DNA of 64,000 nucleotides from an uncultured bacterium (GCA_963729625.1 CAVSOU010000007.1:224001-288000); one strand, 5' to 3'; counted from the stretch's first letter, positions 34,773-45,882 are shown. Made by a program: numbers and translations. The notes: a model not told the origin generated them from the letters alone.

Positions 34773-35303
34773 GTGCCGACAGCGAAGAAGATAGCCGAAG
34801 TTGCTGACTTAACCAAACGGTTTCAAGGCGCGAATGCCGCGGTGCTTTTGCACTACCGCGAGCTGAAGGTTAGCGAGCTCTCCGACCTGCGGAGAAAGCT
34901 TCGACCCAGCAACATCGAAGTGAAGATCACGAAGAACACGCTGCTGCGGATAGCTACGGCCAATGCCGGCAAACCCGGCCTGGACAAGCTCTTCACCGGG
35001 CCAACTGCCATCGCCTTCATATACGGAAGCGAGCCGCAGGGCGCGAAGGCCGTGAGCGACGCCGTGAAAGCGCTTCGCAAGGAAAACGTGAAGGTCACGG
35101 GCGGCATTCTGGGTGACGTAGGACTTGACGCCGCGGGCGTCGAACGTCTCACCACGATGCGGCCACGCGAAGAACAGATCGCCACCTTGCTCGGGGCACT
35201 GCAGGCATCGGCCGGAAACCTTGCGGCGACACTCAACGGTGGCATCCAGAACCTGCTCTACGCACTTTCCGCATACGAGGACAAACTCAAGGAACAGCAA
35301 TAG
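34773..35303 (+). CDS. rplJ: 50S ribosomal protein L10
   Basis: 'KNTLLRIA','FTGPTAIAF'; GTG after AAGGAGG. Confidence 0.96.
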   Translation: MPTAKKIAEVADLTKRFQGANAAVLLHYRELKVSELSDLRRKLRPSNIEVKITKNTLLRIATANAGKPGLDKLFTGPTAIAFIYGSEPQGAKAVSDAVKALRKENVKVTGGILGDVGLDAAGVERLTTMRPREEQIATLLGALQASAGNLAATLNGGIQNLLYALSAYEDKLKEQQ

Positions 35304-35328
35304 TCAGTCAAGAAAGGGGTTGCACCCA

Positions 35329-35733
35329 ATGGCCAAGTTGAGCACCGAGGAGTTGGTTGACGCCATCTCCGGCCTCACCCTCCTGGAAGTGTCAGACCTG
35401 GTAAAGGCTATCGAAGACAAGTTCGGCGTCAAAGCCGCCGCTCCCGTGGCTGCCTTTGGCATGGCGCCGGTGGCCGCCGCGCCCGTAGCCGCCGAACCCG
35501 AGGCAGAGCCGACCGAGTTCACCGCCAGCCTCACAGTCGTTGGCCCGAACAAGATCAACGTGATTAAGGCCGTGCGCGAGCTCGTGCCCAGCCTCGGCCT
35601 GAAAGAGGCCAAGGATCTCGTGGACAACGCCCCCAAGCCGATTAAGGAAAACGTGAGCAAGGACGAAGCTGAGGCGGTAAAGACGAAGCTAACTGATGTC
35701 GGCGCCACAGTCACAATCGTCGCCGTAGGCTAG
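35329..35733 (+). CDS. rplL: 50S ribosomal protein L7/L12
   Basis: '[19 protein letters not shown]','[10 protein letters not shown]','[11 protein letters not shown]'. Confidence 0.98.
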   Translation: MAKLSTEELVDAISGLTLLEVSDLVKAIEDKFGVKAAAPVAAFGMAPVAAAPVAAEPEAEPTEFTASLTVVGPNKINVIKAVRELVPSLGLKEAKDLVDNAPKPIKENVSKDEAEAVKTKLTDVGATVTIVAVG

Positions 35734-35768
35734 GCTCCGTTCCACATCGCCGAATGTCGATGCTACAC

Positions 35769-35813
35769 GAGAAGAGCGGTGAGGCGCCGACATGGCGCCT
35801 CACCGCTCTTCTC
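35769..35813. terminator. 20-bp perfect hairpin after rplL
   Basis: GAGAAGAGCGGTGAGGCGCC-gacat-GGCGCCTCACCGCTCTTCTC. Confidence 0.75.
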
Positions 35814-35871
35814 CTGTCCATCAGGTATGCTGAAGGGCGAACACGGGACACGATTGGGAGCACGAGACACT

Positions 35872-37005
35872 ATGTCGACTGAGAGCGCGACCCAGAGCAT
35901 AGCATCTCGCCTGGCGCGGCCGGCCGTCCTGGGTATCGAGCCTTACATCTGGGAGATGTCGAACCTGGAGGTCGCGGCGCGCTACGGACTCGACGCCGCG
36001 CACGTCGTACGTTTCGATACGAACACGTCGCCGCTGCCGCCGGTTTCGTTCTCGAGTGCAATTCGCGACATAGAAGCGGTACCGTCCGTCAACGAGTACT
36101 TCGATAGCAGCTATGCCACCCTGGTGCGCGCGATAGGCCGCTACGCGGGCCTTCCAGGCGAGAATCTCGTCGTCGGCGCCGGTGCGGACGAGATTCTGCA
36201 CATCATTTCCCGGACTTTCGTCGATCCGGCTGATCATGTTGTCATCCCTCAACCTACGTATGCGATGTACCGGGTTGGCGCCCAGGAGAGTGGCGCACGC
36301 ATAACATCCGTGCCGATGAACCCTGACCTCAGTCTCGACGTGGACGCGCTAATCGAGGCAAGCGCTGGCGCAAAGCTTGTCTTTCTCTGCAACCCGAATA
36401 ACCCGACGGGCCTTCGCCTACCGACCGCCGAGGTCGAGCGCTTGGCTCGCGAGGCAGACGGCATCGTCGTCGTCGACGAGGCATACGCCGAGTTCTCAGG
36501 CGAGTCAGTGCTTCCCGCGCTGCACCGGTATCCACGTTTGGTCGTGGTGCGCACGTTCTCCAAGGCGTTCTGCCTGGCCGGGGCGCGCGTCGGCTATGCC
36601 GCGTGCTCGGCCGAGATCGCTGGACTGCTGAATCGCGTACGACCACCGCAAAGCGTGAGCTACATGAGCGTCGTAGTCGCCGAGAAAGCAGTAGGTGACG
36701 TGGCCGCGATGCGCGCGAACGTAGACGGCGTGCTTCGAGAGCGGACGATGCTCGCTGCGGCGCTAGAGGACCTCGGCCTGGCCCCCTACCCTTCGCATGC
36801 GAATTTCGTGCTTGCACGAGCATCCTCGGCGCAAATCGTGGCGCGCATGCGAGCTGCCTGCCTGCAGCACGGGCTGGTGCTGCGCACATTCGCTCCCGGC
36901 TCTCCCCTTGAGAGCTGCGTGCGCATTACCGTCCGCGCGCGTCAGGACAACGAGCGCCTTCTGGAGACCCTGCAGACGGTGCTGACAGGCCCTGCCCGGG
37001 CGTGA
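35872..37005 (+). CDS. hisC: Histidinol-phosphate aminotransferase
   Basis: 'GAGADE','CNPNNPTG','VDEAYAEF','RTFSKAFCLAGARVGY'. Confidence 0.88.
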   Translation: MSTESATQSIASRLARPAVLGIEPYIWEMSNLEVAARYGLDAAHVVRFDTNTSPLPPVSFSSAIRDIEAVPSVNEYFDSSYATLVRAIGRYAGLPGENLVVGAGADEILHIISRTFVDPADHVVIPQPTYAMYRVGAQESGARITSVPMNPDLSLDVDALIEASAGAKLVFLCNPNNPTGLRLPTAEVERLAREADGIVVVDEAYAEFSGESVLPALHRYPRLVVVRTFSKAFCLAGARVGYAACSAEIAGLLNRVRPPQSVSYMSVVVAEKAVGDVAAMRANVDGVLRERTMLAAALEDLGLAPYPSHANFVLARASSAQIVARMRAACLQHGLVLRTFAPGSPLESCVRITVRARQDNERLLETLQTVLTGPARA

Positions 37006-37023
37006 TACTTCTTTGAAAGCTCG

Positions 37024-38298
37024 CTAGGCCGGGCGACCGATGACCTCCATGCCGAGGTACGGCTGAAGCGCCTTGGGCACGTGAATCGAGCCATCCGCCT
37101 GCTGATGATTTTCAAGCAGCGGCACCATGATGCGTGGTGAAGCGAGAGCGGTGTTATTCAGCGTGTGCACGTGGCGAACCTTGGCCGCGTCATCCCGATA
37201 TCGCAGATTTGCCCGTCGCGCCTGCCAATCGAAAAGAGCGGAGTCCGAGTGCGTTTCTCGATACCGGTTCTCGCTTGGCACCCAGCATTCAATATCGTAG
37301 CTCTTCACCTTGCCGTCGCCCATATCTCCGGTGCACACGAGCATGACACGATAGGGTAGCTCGAGGGCCTGCACGATCTCCTCCGCGTTCTGCAGCAAGC
37401 GCTCCAGCCACTCAAGCGACGTGGACGGATCGTTCTCGCAGATCACATATTGCTCGACCTTGGTGAACTGATGTACACGCATGACGCCCCGAACATCGCG
37501 CCCGAAACTGCCCGCTTCGCGTCTGAAACACGGAGAGAACGCCACCATTCTGATCGGTAGATCCGTGTAGCTGAGGATCTCGCCGGCATACATGCCGGTC
37601 ATGCTCACCTCCGCGGTGCCGACCAGGTAGAGATCGTCCTTTGGGATCTCGTAGATTTGCTCGCGGCCGGTTGGGAATTGCCCAGTGCCCACCAGAGCGG
37701 CTTCGCGCGTGAGCGCGGGCACGATCAGAGGCGTAAACCCTTTGGCAGTGATCCTGTCGAGGGCAAAACGAATCAGCGCGAACTCGAGCAATGCCCCGGC
37801 ATTGCGCAGAACGTAGCTGCGACTCCCCGCGATGCGGGTGCCGCGCGCAACATCCAGCATGTCGAGTTGCTCCATCAGCGCAACGTGGTCCTTTGGCTCG
37901 AACTCGAAATGCGTCGGCTCGCCCCAGTGTCGAATCGCAACATTCTCGTCCTCGCCGCCTCCCTCCGGGACGGATTCGTCCGGTATGTTGGGTACCCGCA
38001 GCAGCAGCGCCTGCAGCCTGTCGTCCACTACTTTCAGCTCGTTCTCGCGGCGAGATATCTCGTCGCCAAGCGCGCGGCCCTGCGCGACCATCTCCTGCTT
38101 CTGATCCGGCGTGCGCGCGTCGCGAACGCTCTTTGAGACGCGGTTCTGTTGCTCGCGTAGGTCCTGAATGGCCTGGCGCTCCGCCATGACCTCGCTATCC
38201 AATTCGAGGAGCTCATCGAGTGGGAGATCGCTGCGCTTCTTTCTTGCTGCTTCGCGAACGACCTCAGGATTCTCACGGATAAACTTCAGGTCGAGCAT
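37024..38298 (-). CDS. serS: Serine--tRNA ligase
   Basis: 'MLDLKFIREN', coiled-coil arm, 'GTAEV','CFRREAG','VHQFTKVE','TLNNT'. Confidence 0.97.
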   Translation of the reverse strand: MLDLKFIRENPEVVREAARKKRSDLPLDELLELDSEVMAERQAIQDLREQQNRVSKSVRDARTPDQKQEMVAQGRALGDEISRRENELKVVDDRLQALLLRVPNIPDESVPEGGGEDENVAIRHWGEPTHFEFEPKDHVALMEQLDMLDVARGTRIAGSRSYVLRNAGALLEFALIRFALDRITAKGFTPLIVPALTREAALVGTGQFPTGREQIYEIPKDDLYLVGTAEVSMTGMYAGEILSYTDLPIRMVAFSPCFRREAGSFGRDVRGVMRVHQFTKVEQYVICENDPSTSLEWLERLLQNAEEIVQALELPYRVMLVCTGDMGDGKVKSYDIECWVPSENRYRETHSDSALFDWQARRANLRYRDDAAKVRHVHTLNNTALASPRIMVPLLENHQQADGSIHVPKALQPYLGMEVIGRPA

Positions 38299-38508
38299 CT
38301 CTCTCTCTTCCTGGTTCTTACGGCGCACTTCGGCGATGCAGGAGCGCTCAAGATCATCGTGCCCACATGGCATGTATCGCTTACGACCCGGCGCCGTATA
38401 TCGATCCAGCCGCCGGTTTCAGTGTGGTTAAGTATAGCGGAAGCGGCCACCGTCCCCGCTAAATCATCGGTTACATGCCGTGCTGCTCAACTCATCCGCT
38501 TGGCGCGG

Positions 38509-38976
38509 TCAGCTCCGGTAGAGACGGTGGGTGCACACCTGGAAGCCGCGATTCCGCCAGAATGTCAGAGCGCGCGGATTATCCTCCACGACCGAGGCCG
38601 AGAGCGTCTGGGCGCCACGCCGGCGCAGCCATTGCATGCCCGAAGCAATCATATGGCTCGCGATGCCGCGACACCGGTATTCCGCCCGCACGTACACTTC
38701 CTCAAAGTGCCCGACGAGCAGCCTGGGGCGGTACCATTGCGCCTCGATTCGAAGTATCGCGAACCCGATGGGGCAGCCATCCTCTTCGGCCAGCAGCACC
38801 TTCAGCGTGCCGGCCGCCTCGGATGCAAGGCACGCGACATAGTAGTGGTCATCCCATATCTCCGCTGGATCGCAAGACGGATCGGATTCCAGCAGATACT
38901 CGTTCATCAAACGGCGCAGGATGGGAAGGTCATCCGGCAGTGCCGCGTCTCTCATTACCACCTTGCGCGCCCCCAA
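38509..38976 (-). CDS. GNAT-family N-acetyltransferase
   Basis: 'VYVRAEYRCRGIA','NPRALTFWRNRGF'. Confidence 0.88.
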   Translation of the reverse strand: MGARKVVMRDAALPDDLPILRRLMNEYLLESDPSCDPAEIWDDHYYVACLASEAAGTLKVLLAEEDGCPIGFAILRIEAQWYRPRLLVGHFEEVYVRAEYRCRGIASHMIASGMQWLRRRGAQTLSASVVEDNPRALTFWRNRGFQVCTHRLYRS

Positions 38977-39042
38977 TCCGGACCAGCCGTCGCCGCGACG
39001 CGACCACTACCTAGTTTATACGGTGTCGAGGTGCCTGATTAA

Positions 39043-39071
39043 TTGACACATCCCCTGAGCGTCACTATAAT
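39043..39071 (+). promoter_or_regulatory. Consensus sigma70 promoter for tRNA-Thr(CGT)
   Basis: TTGACA-17bp-TATAAT, exact consensus. Confidence 0.88.
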
Positions 39072-39105
39072 TCCTTGCGCGGGACTCTGTTCCGCTCCGT
39101 CTTGC

Positions 39106-39181
39106 GCCGACGTAGCTCAGTTGGTAGAGCAGCTGTTTCGTAAACCGCAGGTCCGGGGTTCGAGTCCCCGCGTCGGCTCCA
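39106..39181 (+). tRNA. tRNA-Thr(CGT)
   Basis: Acceptor GCCGACG/CGTCGGC, anticodon ttCGTaa, TTCGAGT T-loop, encoded CCA; one T.C mismatch in the anticodon stem. Confidence 0.95.
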
Positions 39182-39188
39182 GCGTGGA

Positions 39189-39231
39189 CCGGCCCCGGCA
39201 ACAGGCGATAAGGGCCTGTTGCCGGGGCCGG
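39189..39231 (+). terminator. 18-bp hairpin after tRNA-Thr(CGT)
   Basis: CCGGCCCCGGCAACAGGC-gataagg-GCCTGTTGCCGGGGCCGG. Confidence 0.7.
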
Positions 39232-39509
39232 CCGCTATCTTGCTCCTGTTATCGATGTGTAATGCCGTAATTCTGACCTTGTTCGCACTCTCACTCGATG
39301 ATCGCACTGTCCTGCTGCCGGCACCGCCTCTGTCGTCGGCAATGCTCGCCACCGCGACGGCCGTATGTTGATCCCCACACAGTTGGCGAGTCCTGGGTTG
39401 TTCTTCTCCAGGAAGCGGACTGGGTACTCCCCATTCCCTCTTGTCGCGAGGTGCGCGCGACCGTGATACATCGGGCCTAACGCATGTGTCGTCAATCTGT
39501 TGCCAAGCG

Positions 39510-39563
39510 ATCACATGTTTATCACTGACTTATCACAGAAGAGTCATCATCCGATTCTACGAT
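39510..39563 (+). promoter_or_regulatory. Four 11-bp-periodic direct repeats (OmpR/PhoB-type site) plus -10 TACGAT
   Basis: TCACA 39511, TCACT 39522, TCACA 39533, TCATC 39544; TACGAT at 39558. Confidence 0.55.
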
Positions 39564-39690
39564 CAGAGTGTGCTTGGCGAGACTACGAAGGTCAGCCCGG
39601 CGCGGACGACCGCAGAACGTGCGTACGCAACTACAGAGGCGAAGAATCGCAGACCGTGCGCGCGCAAGCCAAGGAAAGGATCACTCTTCT

Positions 39691-40788
39691 ATGGAGACCC
39701 AACAGACAACGGAGGGCGCTCAGATCACTGAGTCTCCCAGGACACGCGTAACACGACGTCGGTTGAGACCAGTGGCGGCGGTGGTGCTGGCAGTCGGCCT
39801 GGCAACGAGCGGCGTTGCGCTCGCGCACGGCAGCCAGTCTTCCGCGGCAACCCCTGACGCCGCTAGAAGCGTTTCGGCGGCGGCGGTGTCCAACGAATGG
39901 CAGGCCTCGTCTGCGCCGTCGTCATCGGCGAACGGCCGCTTCTCAGGCCCGATGAACGGCGGAGTTCGCGCCGGACGCTTCGGACGCGGACTGACCGTTT
40001 CGCGAATTAGCGGCAGTACGATCACCGCGACGGTACGCGGAAGCCAGACCATTACGATCACTGTCACGAGCAGCACGAAGTACACCAGGGCGGGCGCGAC
40101 TATCGCGCTGGGAGACCTCCGGCAAGGCGACCAAATTGCCGTTCAGGGCACTCGCTCCGCGCAGGGCACCGTCACGGCTACCGCAGTCGACGTGATACTC
40201 CCGCGCGAGTCGGGGGTCGTGACCGGTGTGAGCGGCTCGAATGTGACCATCACCAGTTTTGACGGAAGTATGCACACGGTGGTCTTGAGTCCAAGCACAA
40301 CGTACAAGCGAGCAGGCCACAGCGGGTCGCAATCGGATGTGACTGCAAACACGTCCATTGACGTCGTGGGCACTGCGAACGCCGATGGCTCGCTCAACGC
40401 ATTGCTCGTAAACATCCAGACGCCGCGTGTGTCGGGCCAGGTATCGACAGTGGCCGGCGGGTCGTACACGATCGCGAATCGCGCCGGAACGAGCTCCAAG
40501 ACGGTAGTCACGACGTCGAGCACTCTCTTCGTCGACATGTCGGGCGCTACGGTCAATGCCTCAACTATCGTGAAGGGCTCGGAGATCGTGGCGGAAGGCA
40601 CGCTCAGTGCCGACGGCAAGACACTGACTGCTCTGCGCATCACGGTCTTCGGTACCGCCCAGTCAGGCAGGCCTGGGCCGGGATTTGGATTCTTCGGGCG
40701 GAACGGTGGACGGTTCGGCTCAGGCAGTGGACAGCACGGCGCGTCGCCTAATGCCACTCCGGCCGCGACCGCCGGAACCGGGGTTTGA
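39691..40788 (+). CDS. Exported DUF5666-like beta-repeat protein
   Basis: TM/signal segment after an Arg cluster. Three repeats of pattern 'G.V..V.G...T....T.Y......L..G..I.V.G...G...A..V'. RBS AAGGAAAGGA. Confidence 0.75.
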   Translation: METQQTTEGAQITESPRTRVTRRRLRPVAAVVLAVGLATSGVALAHGSQSSAATPDAARSVSAAAVSNEWQASSAPSSSANGRFSGPMNGGVRAGRFGRGLTVSRISGSTITATVRGSQTITITVTSSTKYTRAGATIALGDLRQGDQIAVQGTRSAQGTVTATAVDVILPRESGVVTGVSGSNVTITSFDGSMHTVVLSPSTTYKRAGHSGSQSDVTANTSIDVVGTANADGSLNALLVNIQTPRVSGQVSTVAGGSYTIANRAGTSSKTVVTTSSTLFVDMSGATVNASTIVKGSEIVAEGTLSADGKTLTALRITVFGTAQSGRPGPGFGFFGRNGGRFGSGSGQHGASPNATPAATAGTGV

Positions 40789-40826
40789 CCATACGGTGAG
40801 CCGTGCTATGAACGGCCGTTTTCCCT

Positions 40827-40999
40827 AAATCCGGCAGTCATCCCAGCAGATCGGCCTGGCACAACGCGAATTCGGCTGTAGCCTCCCTCGTCTTGAATGG
40901 ATTTCTCGCATGAATCCGAAAAGGCGGGGGAGGCTTCGTCGTGCGTTGAGCGGGCGCAGCTGCAGGTCATGCACGCCGGCCTGCTGGGATAGCGGATTT
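40827..40999 (+). ncRNA. Candidate rod-shaped structured RNA or inverted-repeat element, class unknown
   Basis: Nested complementary segments 40840-55/40975-90, 40862-68/40942-48, 40880-94/40921-35 and 40899-904/40912-17, with G.U pairs on the + strand. Confidence 0.4.
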
Positions 41000-41165
41000 C
41001 GTCGCTCGCATGGTCAAGGTTCGCCCGCGGGGCATCCGTTGGGCGCCATGCCCATCGCTTTTTGTGTATGCTCCATGCTGGGTCCGCATGACTGCGCCGA
41101 GACGAGCGAGTTCCGCTTTCTACCTGTCGGCCGCAACAGATGACTCTCGCAGCGGAGATGAAGGC

Positions 41166-43606
41166 ATGCAATTTGGACATTTTGATGATCAGCAGCACGA
41201 GTATGTGATCACGCTGCCAGACACTCCACTACCCTGGATGAATTATCTTGGTTGCGAGACGTATTTCGGCTTGATCTCAAACACAGCCGGCGGCTACTCT
41301 TTCTATCGGGATGCACGACTTCGGCGCCTGACTCGCTATCGATACAACAATGTGCCGCTTGATTCCGGCGGCCGCTACATCTATCTCCGCGATAACGCCA
41401 GCAGTGAGTACTGGTCGCCCTCATGGCAGCCTACACGGACGCCGCTGATCGACTACTCGTGCCGGCACGGCCTGGGCTATACGATTATCGCTTCGACCCG
41501 AACCGGTATTCGTGCTGAGACGACCTATTTCGTCCCCTTGGGCGAAAACCTCGAAGTCTGGCGGCTCCGCATAACGAACCTGCGCACCGATACGGCATCG
41601 CTTTCGCTGTTCTCTTGCGTGGAGTTCTGCCTCTGGGAAGCGCAGGACGACATGACGAACTTCCAGAGGAACTTCAGCACGGGTGAGGTCGAAGTCGTCG
41701 ATGGCATCATCTATCACAAGACCGAGTACCGGGAACGCCGCGATCATTTCGCATTCTTCGCATGTTCCGAGCCGCTGGCCGGTTTCGATACGCAGCGAGA
41801 CACGTTTCTCGGCCCGTATCGAGACTGGGATCGCCCGGTTGCCGTGGAGCGCGGCGAGGCGTTTAATTCTCAGGCGCACGGCTGGGCGCCGATGGGCTCG
41901 CACCATGTGAAAGTGACACTTCAGCCGGGCGAAACCAAGCAAGTGCTGTTTGTCCTTGGTTACCACGAGAACGCCAGAGACGCCAAGTTCGACCCTCCGC
42001 GGTCGCAGGTGATCAACAAACGGACAGTTCGCCCAAGAATCAACCGCTACCTCGACGCCGGCACTGTGGCGGAATCTCTTGTATCTCTCCAGCACTATTG
42101 GGATGGCGCGTTGGCCAACTTGCAGGTCAACACGCCGGACGTGCATACGAATCGGATGGTCAACATCTGGAACGCGTACCAGTGCATGGCCACCTTCAAT
42201 ATGTCGCGCTCTGCTTCGTTCTTCGAGTCGGGTATCGGCCGCGGTCTGGGCTTCCGCGACTCGAACCAGGACCTGCTCGGTTTCGTCCACATTGATGCGG
42301 CGCGCGCGCGCGACCGAATTCTGGACCTCGCGGCTACTCAGATGGAGACCGGGGCTGCTTTTCACCAGTACCAGCCGCTGACCAAGCGGGGAAACGACGC
42401 CGTCGGTACGAACTTCAACGACGACCCACTGTGGCTGATAGTAGGTGTCTCGGCCTACATCAAGGAGACCGGTGATTGGGCGATACTCGACGAGCCTGTG
42501 CAGTATACGAATCGGCCAGGCACGGAGCAACCGCTTTTCGAGCACCTGCAGCGGAGCTTGCGCTATACACAAGACAACCTGGGCCCGCACGGACTTCCAC
42601 TCATCGGCCGCGCGGACTGGAATGATTGCCTGAACCTGAACTGCTTCTCGGAAACGCCTGGTGAGTCATTTCAGACTACCACGAGCCAGGACGGAAAGGT
42701 GGCCGAGTCGGTTTTCATCGCCGCATTGTTCGTGCTTGCGGCAGGCGAGATGGCTGATATTGCCGCGCGTACGGTGCGAACGTATGAGGCTGCCGTGTAT
42801 CGCGACAAGGCAGCCGAAATGGACCGCGCCGTTCATAACCACGGATGGGATGGCGAGTGGTTTCTCCGGGCCTATGATGCGTTCGGCCACAAGGTCGGCT
42901 CTCGTGAATGCGAGGAAGGCCAGATCTACATCGAGCCGCAAGGTTTCTGTGTGGTGGCCGGCATCGGCCTCGACGACAACCTGGCTCAAACCGCTCTCAA
43001 CGCTGTCCACGCCAGACTTGCCTCGCCCACGGCATTATGCTGTTGCAGCCGGCCTATTCGCGGTACTACCTGCACCTGGGCGAGGTCTCGTCGTATCCGC
43101 CCGGCTACAAGGAGAACGCGGGCATATTCTGCCACAATAATCCGTGGGTGATCATCGCCGAGGCGCGTGTCGGCAACGGAGACCGTGCTCACGACTACTA
43201 TCTCCGCATCAACCCCTCCGCGCGGGAGGCAATCAGTGACGTGCACCGGTGTGAGCCATATGTGTACGCACAGATGATCGCCGGACGGGACGCGCCATCA
43301 CACGGGGAGGCGAAGAACTCGTGGCTGACTGGGACCGCGGCCTGGAACTACGCTGCAATCACGCAGTGGATCCTCGGTATTCGGCCCACGCTAGACGGGT
43401 TGAGTATTGCTCCCACTATACCTACGAACTGGAACGGGTTCACAGCTACGCGCAAGTTCCGAGGTGTAACGTATCGCATCTCGGTGACGCGTGCGGGAAG
43501 CGGCAACTGCCTCACGATGGTGGTGGACGGCCGCCCCGTCGAAGGGAACATTATCCAGCCGCCTCGTGACGCGCGCGAGGTCGACGTGCAGGTTACGCTG
43601 ACGTAG
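41166..43606 (+). CDS. GH94 cellobiose phosphorylase, split by a 1-nt frameshift near 43027
   Basis: '[21 protein letters not shown]','[12 protein letters not shown]','[21 protein letters not shown]'. Continues in another frame as '[29 protein letters not shown]'. Confidence 0.9.
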
Positions 43607-43632
43607 GTCACCCGCGGTCAGGGAGGTGTGCG

Positions 43633-45882
43633 TTGTTCGATCGCCTTGGCCGTGCCATGTATCGATGGCGCAAGGTAGTGCTTGTCGTTTGGTCCGTGGT
43701 GCTCCTGGTGAGCGTCCCGTTCGCGCCACGCGTTGAGACCGTGCTCAAGGGAGGCGGATTCGCCAATGGCGCAAGCGAAGCCGATCGCACTACCAATCTC
43801 CTGGTTCACAATCTGGGCTTCTTTCCAAGCAACCTGACAGTCGTCTTCACAAGCCCGACCCTCGTGGTTACGGATCCTCGCTTTCGGCAGGCCATGGAGG
43901 CCGCTCTCGCGCCGGTAGCCCGGCTGCCCAAGATCGCCCGTATCGACACCTTCTATCACCAACCACCTGGCCTGCAGAACCAGCGCATGGTATCTGTCGA
44001 CGGGCATGCCGCGCTGGCCGTACTCCAGTACTCGGTCAGTTTCGACCAGGTGCAGTCGCTGGTGCCGGCGGTGCACGCCGCGTTGCGGAGCGCTGCGCTG
44101 CAGATCTATGTGACCGGAGACGGCGCGGTCTTCGGCGATTTGCAGACGCTCTCCGGCCGGGATCTGCAGCAAGTTGAAAAGTTCACACTGCCGATCGCTC
44201 TGCTCCTGCTCGTTCTGGTGTTCGGCACGCTCGTCGCAGCTGGTGTTCCGATCATCACTGGATTGTTCTCGGTGACGCCTACACTGGCCCTCCTCTTCGC
44301 GCTGGGTCACGTGATCGATTTGTCGATATTCAGCCTGAACGTGACTACCATGATCGGGCTGGGCGTGGGCATCGACTACGCTCTGTTCGTGACCAGCCGT
44401 TTTCGCGAGGAAGTGCATCGCCGTCCCGTAGAGGATGCCGTGGCCATCGCGACGGCCAGTGCCGGCCGCGCGGTGATGTTCTCCGGTCTGACAGTGATGA
44501 TTGGCCTCTCGGGCCTGCTTATTTTCCATTCCATGGCCTTGCGCTCCATTGGGCTCGGCGGCAGCCTGGTCGTCTTCGTGTCCGTGCTCTCGGCGCTCAC
44601 ACTCCTCCCAGCAGTGCTCGGCCTGCTCGGTCCTCGCATCGATTCGCTCCCGGTTGTTCCATGGCGGCAGGCGGGGCGCAATCGTTTCTGGCACGGACTC
44701 GCGACTGCCGTCATGCGGCACCCCTGGTGGGTTATCGGCTCTGTTCTGGTCGCAATAGCGATTATCGCCTCCCCGTTTCGCGCGCTGCAGTTGAACGTGC
44801 CCGACGCTACCATGCTCCCCAAGAACGTGTCCTCGCGCGCCGGTTTCGACATCCTCGACCAGCGCTTCGAGCAGCGCCAGAACAACCCCGTCGTGATTGT
44901 CGTGCAGTCGTCGACAGATCTGCTTGCCCCGGCGGCGATGGGCGCGCTCTACGATTACGTCCATAGGCTCTTGCGCGACCCGAATGTCGACGCTACGCAA
45001 TCAAGGAGTCTTGTCACCCTGATGCCGTTCGGGCGCTCCCTGTACCAGCAAATCGAAAAGTACATGGGCAACCCTCAGGTCGCAACAGCTGTGAAGGAGT
45101 ACGTGGGGGACAACAGCACGGTCATCTCGCTGCAACTGCGACGCGGCCTCAGCACAGGTCAGATCGACCAGACGATTAAGCGCGCACGCGCCCTGCCAAT
45201 CGGCGCCAAGCTGCGGCATTCTGTCGGCGGATTCGACGCAGGAGTGATGGATTACCTGAACAATCTCTATTCGCAATTCCCCATCTGTATCTTGTTCGTC
45301 GTGGTCGTGACGTACTTCGTGCTTTTGGTCTTGCTCCGGTCGGCTGTCCTCCCTTTGAAGGCTGTGCTGATGAACGCGCTGAGCCTGCTCGGAGCCTACG
45401 GAGCGGTAGTGTGGATCTTCCAGCAGGGGCACCTCAGCACGATCTTCAACTTCAGCCCTACCGGGTATGTCGACGAGATCACGCCGATCATTACCTTCTG
45501 CACGCTCTTCGGACTCTCGATGGACTACGAGGTGTTCCTCCTGAGCCGCATCCGCGAACACTACCTGCAAACAGGCGACAACGCGGCCGGCATCGCGACC
45601 GGCTTGGAGCGTACGGGCAGGATTATCACAAGTGCGGCGCTTATCCTGGTCATCATAGCCGGGAGCTTTGCCTTCACAGACATCGTCCTTATCAAAGCCG
45701 TGGGATTGGGGCTCGCAATCGCAATCCTGCTCGACGCCACGCTGATCAGATGCCTGCTGGTGCCGGCGACGATGCGGGTGCTCGGCCAGTGGAACTGGTG
45801 GCTGCCTGCATGGCTGGGCCGCGTCCTCGGCGGTAACATGCCCCACAGCGAGCATGCAGACGTCAGCACCGCCGGGCAATGA
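43633..45882 (+). CDS. MMPL-family RND transporter
   Basis: '[19 protein letters not shown]','AGRAVMFSG','[16 protein letters not shown]','WNWWLP'. Confidence 0.93.
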   Translation: MFDRLGRAMYRWRKVVLVVWSVVLLVSVPFAPRVETVLKGGGFANGASEADRTTNLLVHNLGFFPSNLTVVFTSPTLVVTDPRFRQAMEAALAPVARLPKIARIDTFYHQPPGLQNQRMVSVDGHAALAVLQYSVSFDQVQSLVPAVHAALRSAALQIYVTGDGAVFGDLQTLSGRDLQQVEKFTLPIALLLLVLVFGTLVAAGVPIITGLFSVTPTLALLFALGHVIDLSIFSLNVTTMIGLGVGIDYALFVTSRFREEVHRRPVEDAVAIATASAGRAVMFSGLTVMIGLSGLLIFHSMALRSIGLGGSLVVFVSVLSALTLLPAVLGLLGPRIDSLPVVPWRQAGRNRFWHGLATAVMRHPWWVIGSVLVAIAIIASPFRALQLNVPDATMLPKNVSSRAGFDILDQRFEQRQNNPVVIVVQSSTDLLAPAAMGALYDYVHRLLRDPNVDATQSRSLVTLMPFGRSLYQQIEKYMGNPQVATAVKEYVGDNSTVISLQLRRGLSTGQIDQTIKRARALPIGAKLRHSVGGFDAGVMDYLNNLYSQFPICILFVVVVTYFVLLVLLRSAVLPLKAVLMNALSLLGAYGAVVWIFQQGHLSTIFNFSPTGYVDEITPIITFCTLFGLSMDYEVFLLSRIREHYLQTGDNAAGIATGLERTGRIITSAALILVIIAGSFAFTDIVLIKAVGLGLAIAILLDATLIRCLLVPATMRVLGQWNWWLPAWLGRVLGGNMPHSEHADVSTAGQ

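Noticed and set aside
35733-35872. Absence of rpoBC after rplL as a novelty in itself
   Set aside because: Separation of rpoBC from rplJL occurs in several lineages; only the flanking palindromes were kept as a finding.
38300-38460. T-box riboswitch upstream of serS (also checked before proS)
   Set aside because: No GGTGGNACC T-box motif or terminator/antiterminator was seen, and the leaders are short.
43618-45879. Long antisense ORFs (460 aa and 292 aa) over the MMPL gene, and similar shadows over tuf, purF, sucB and the kinases
   Set aside because: They are antisense shadows of well-supported genes in GC-rich DNA, with no motifs or RBS.
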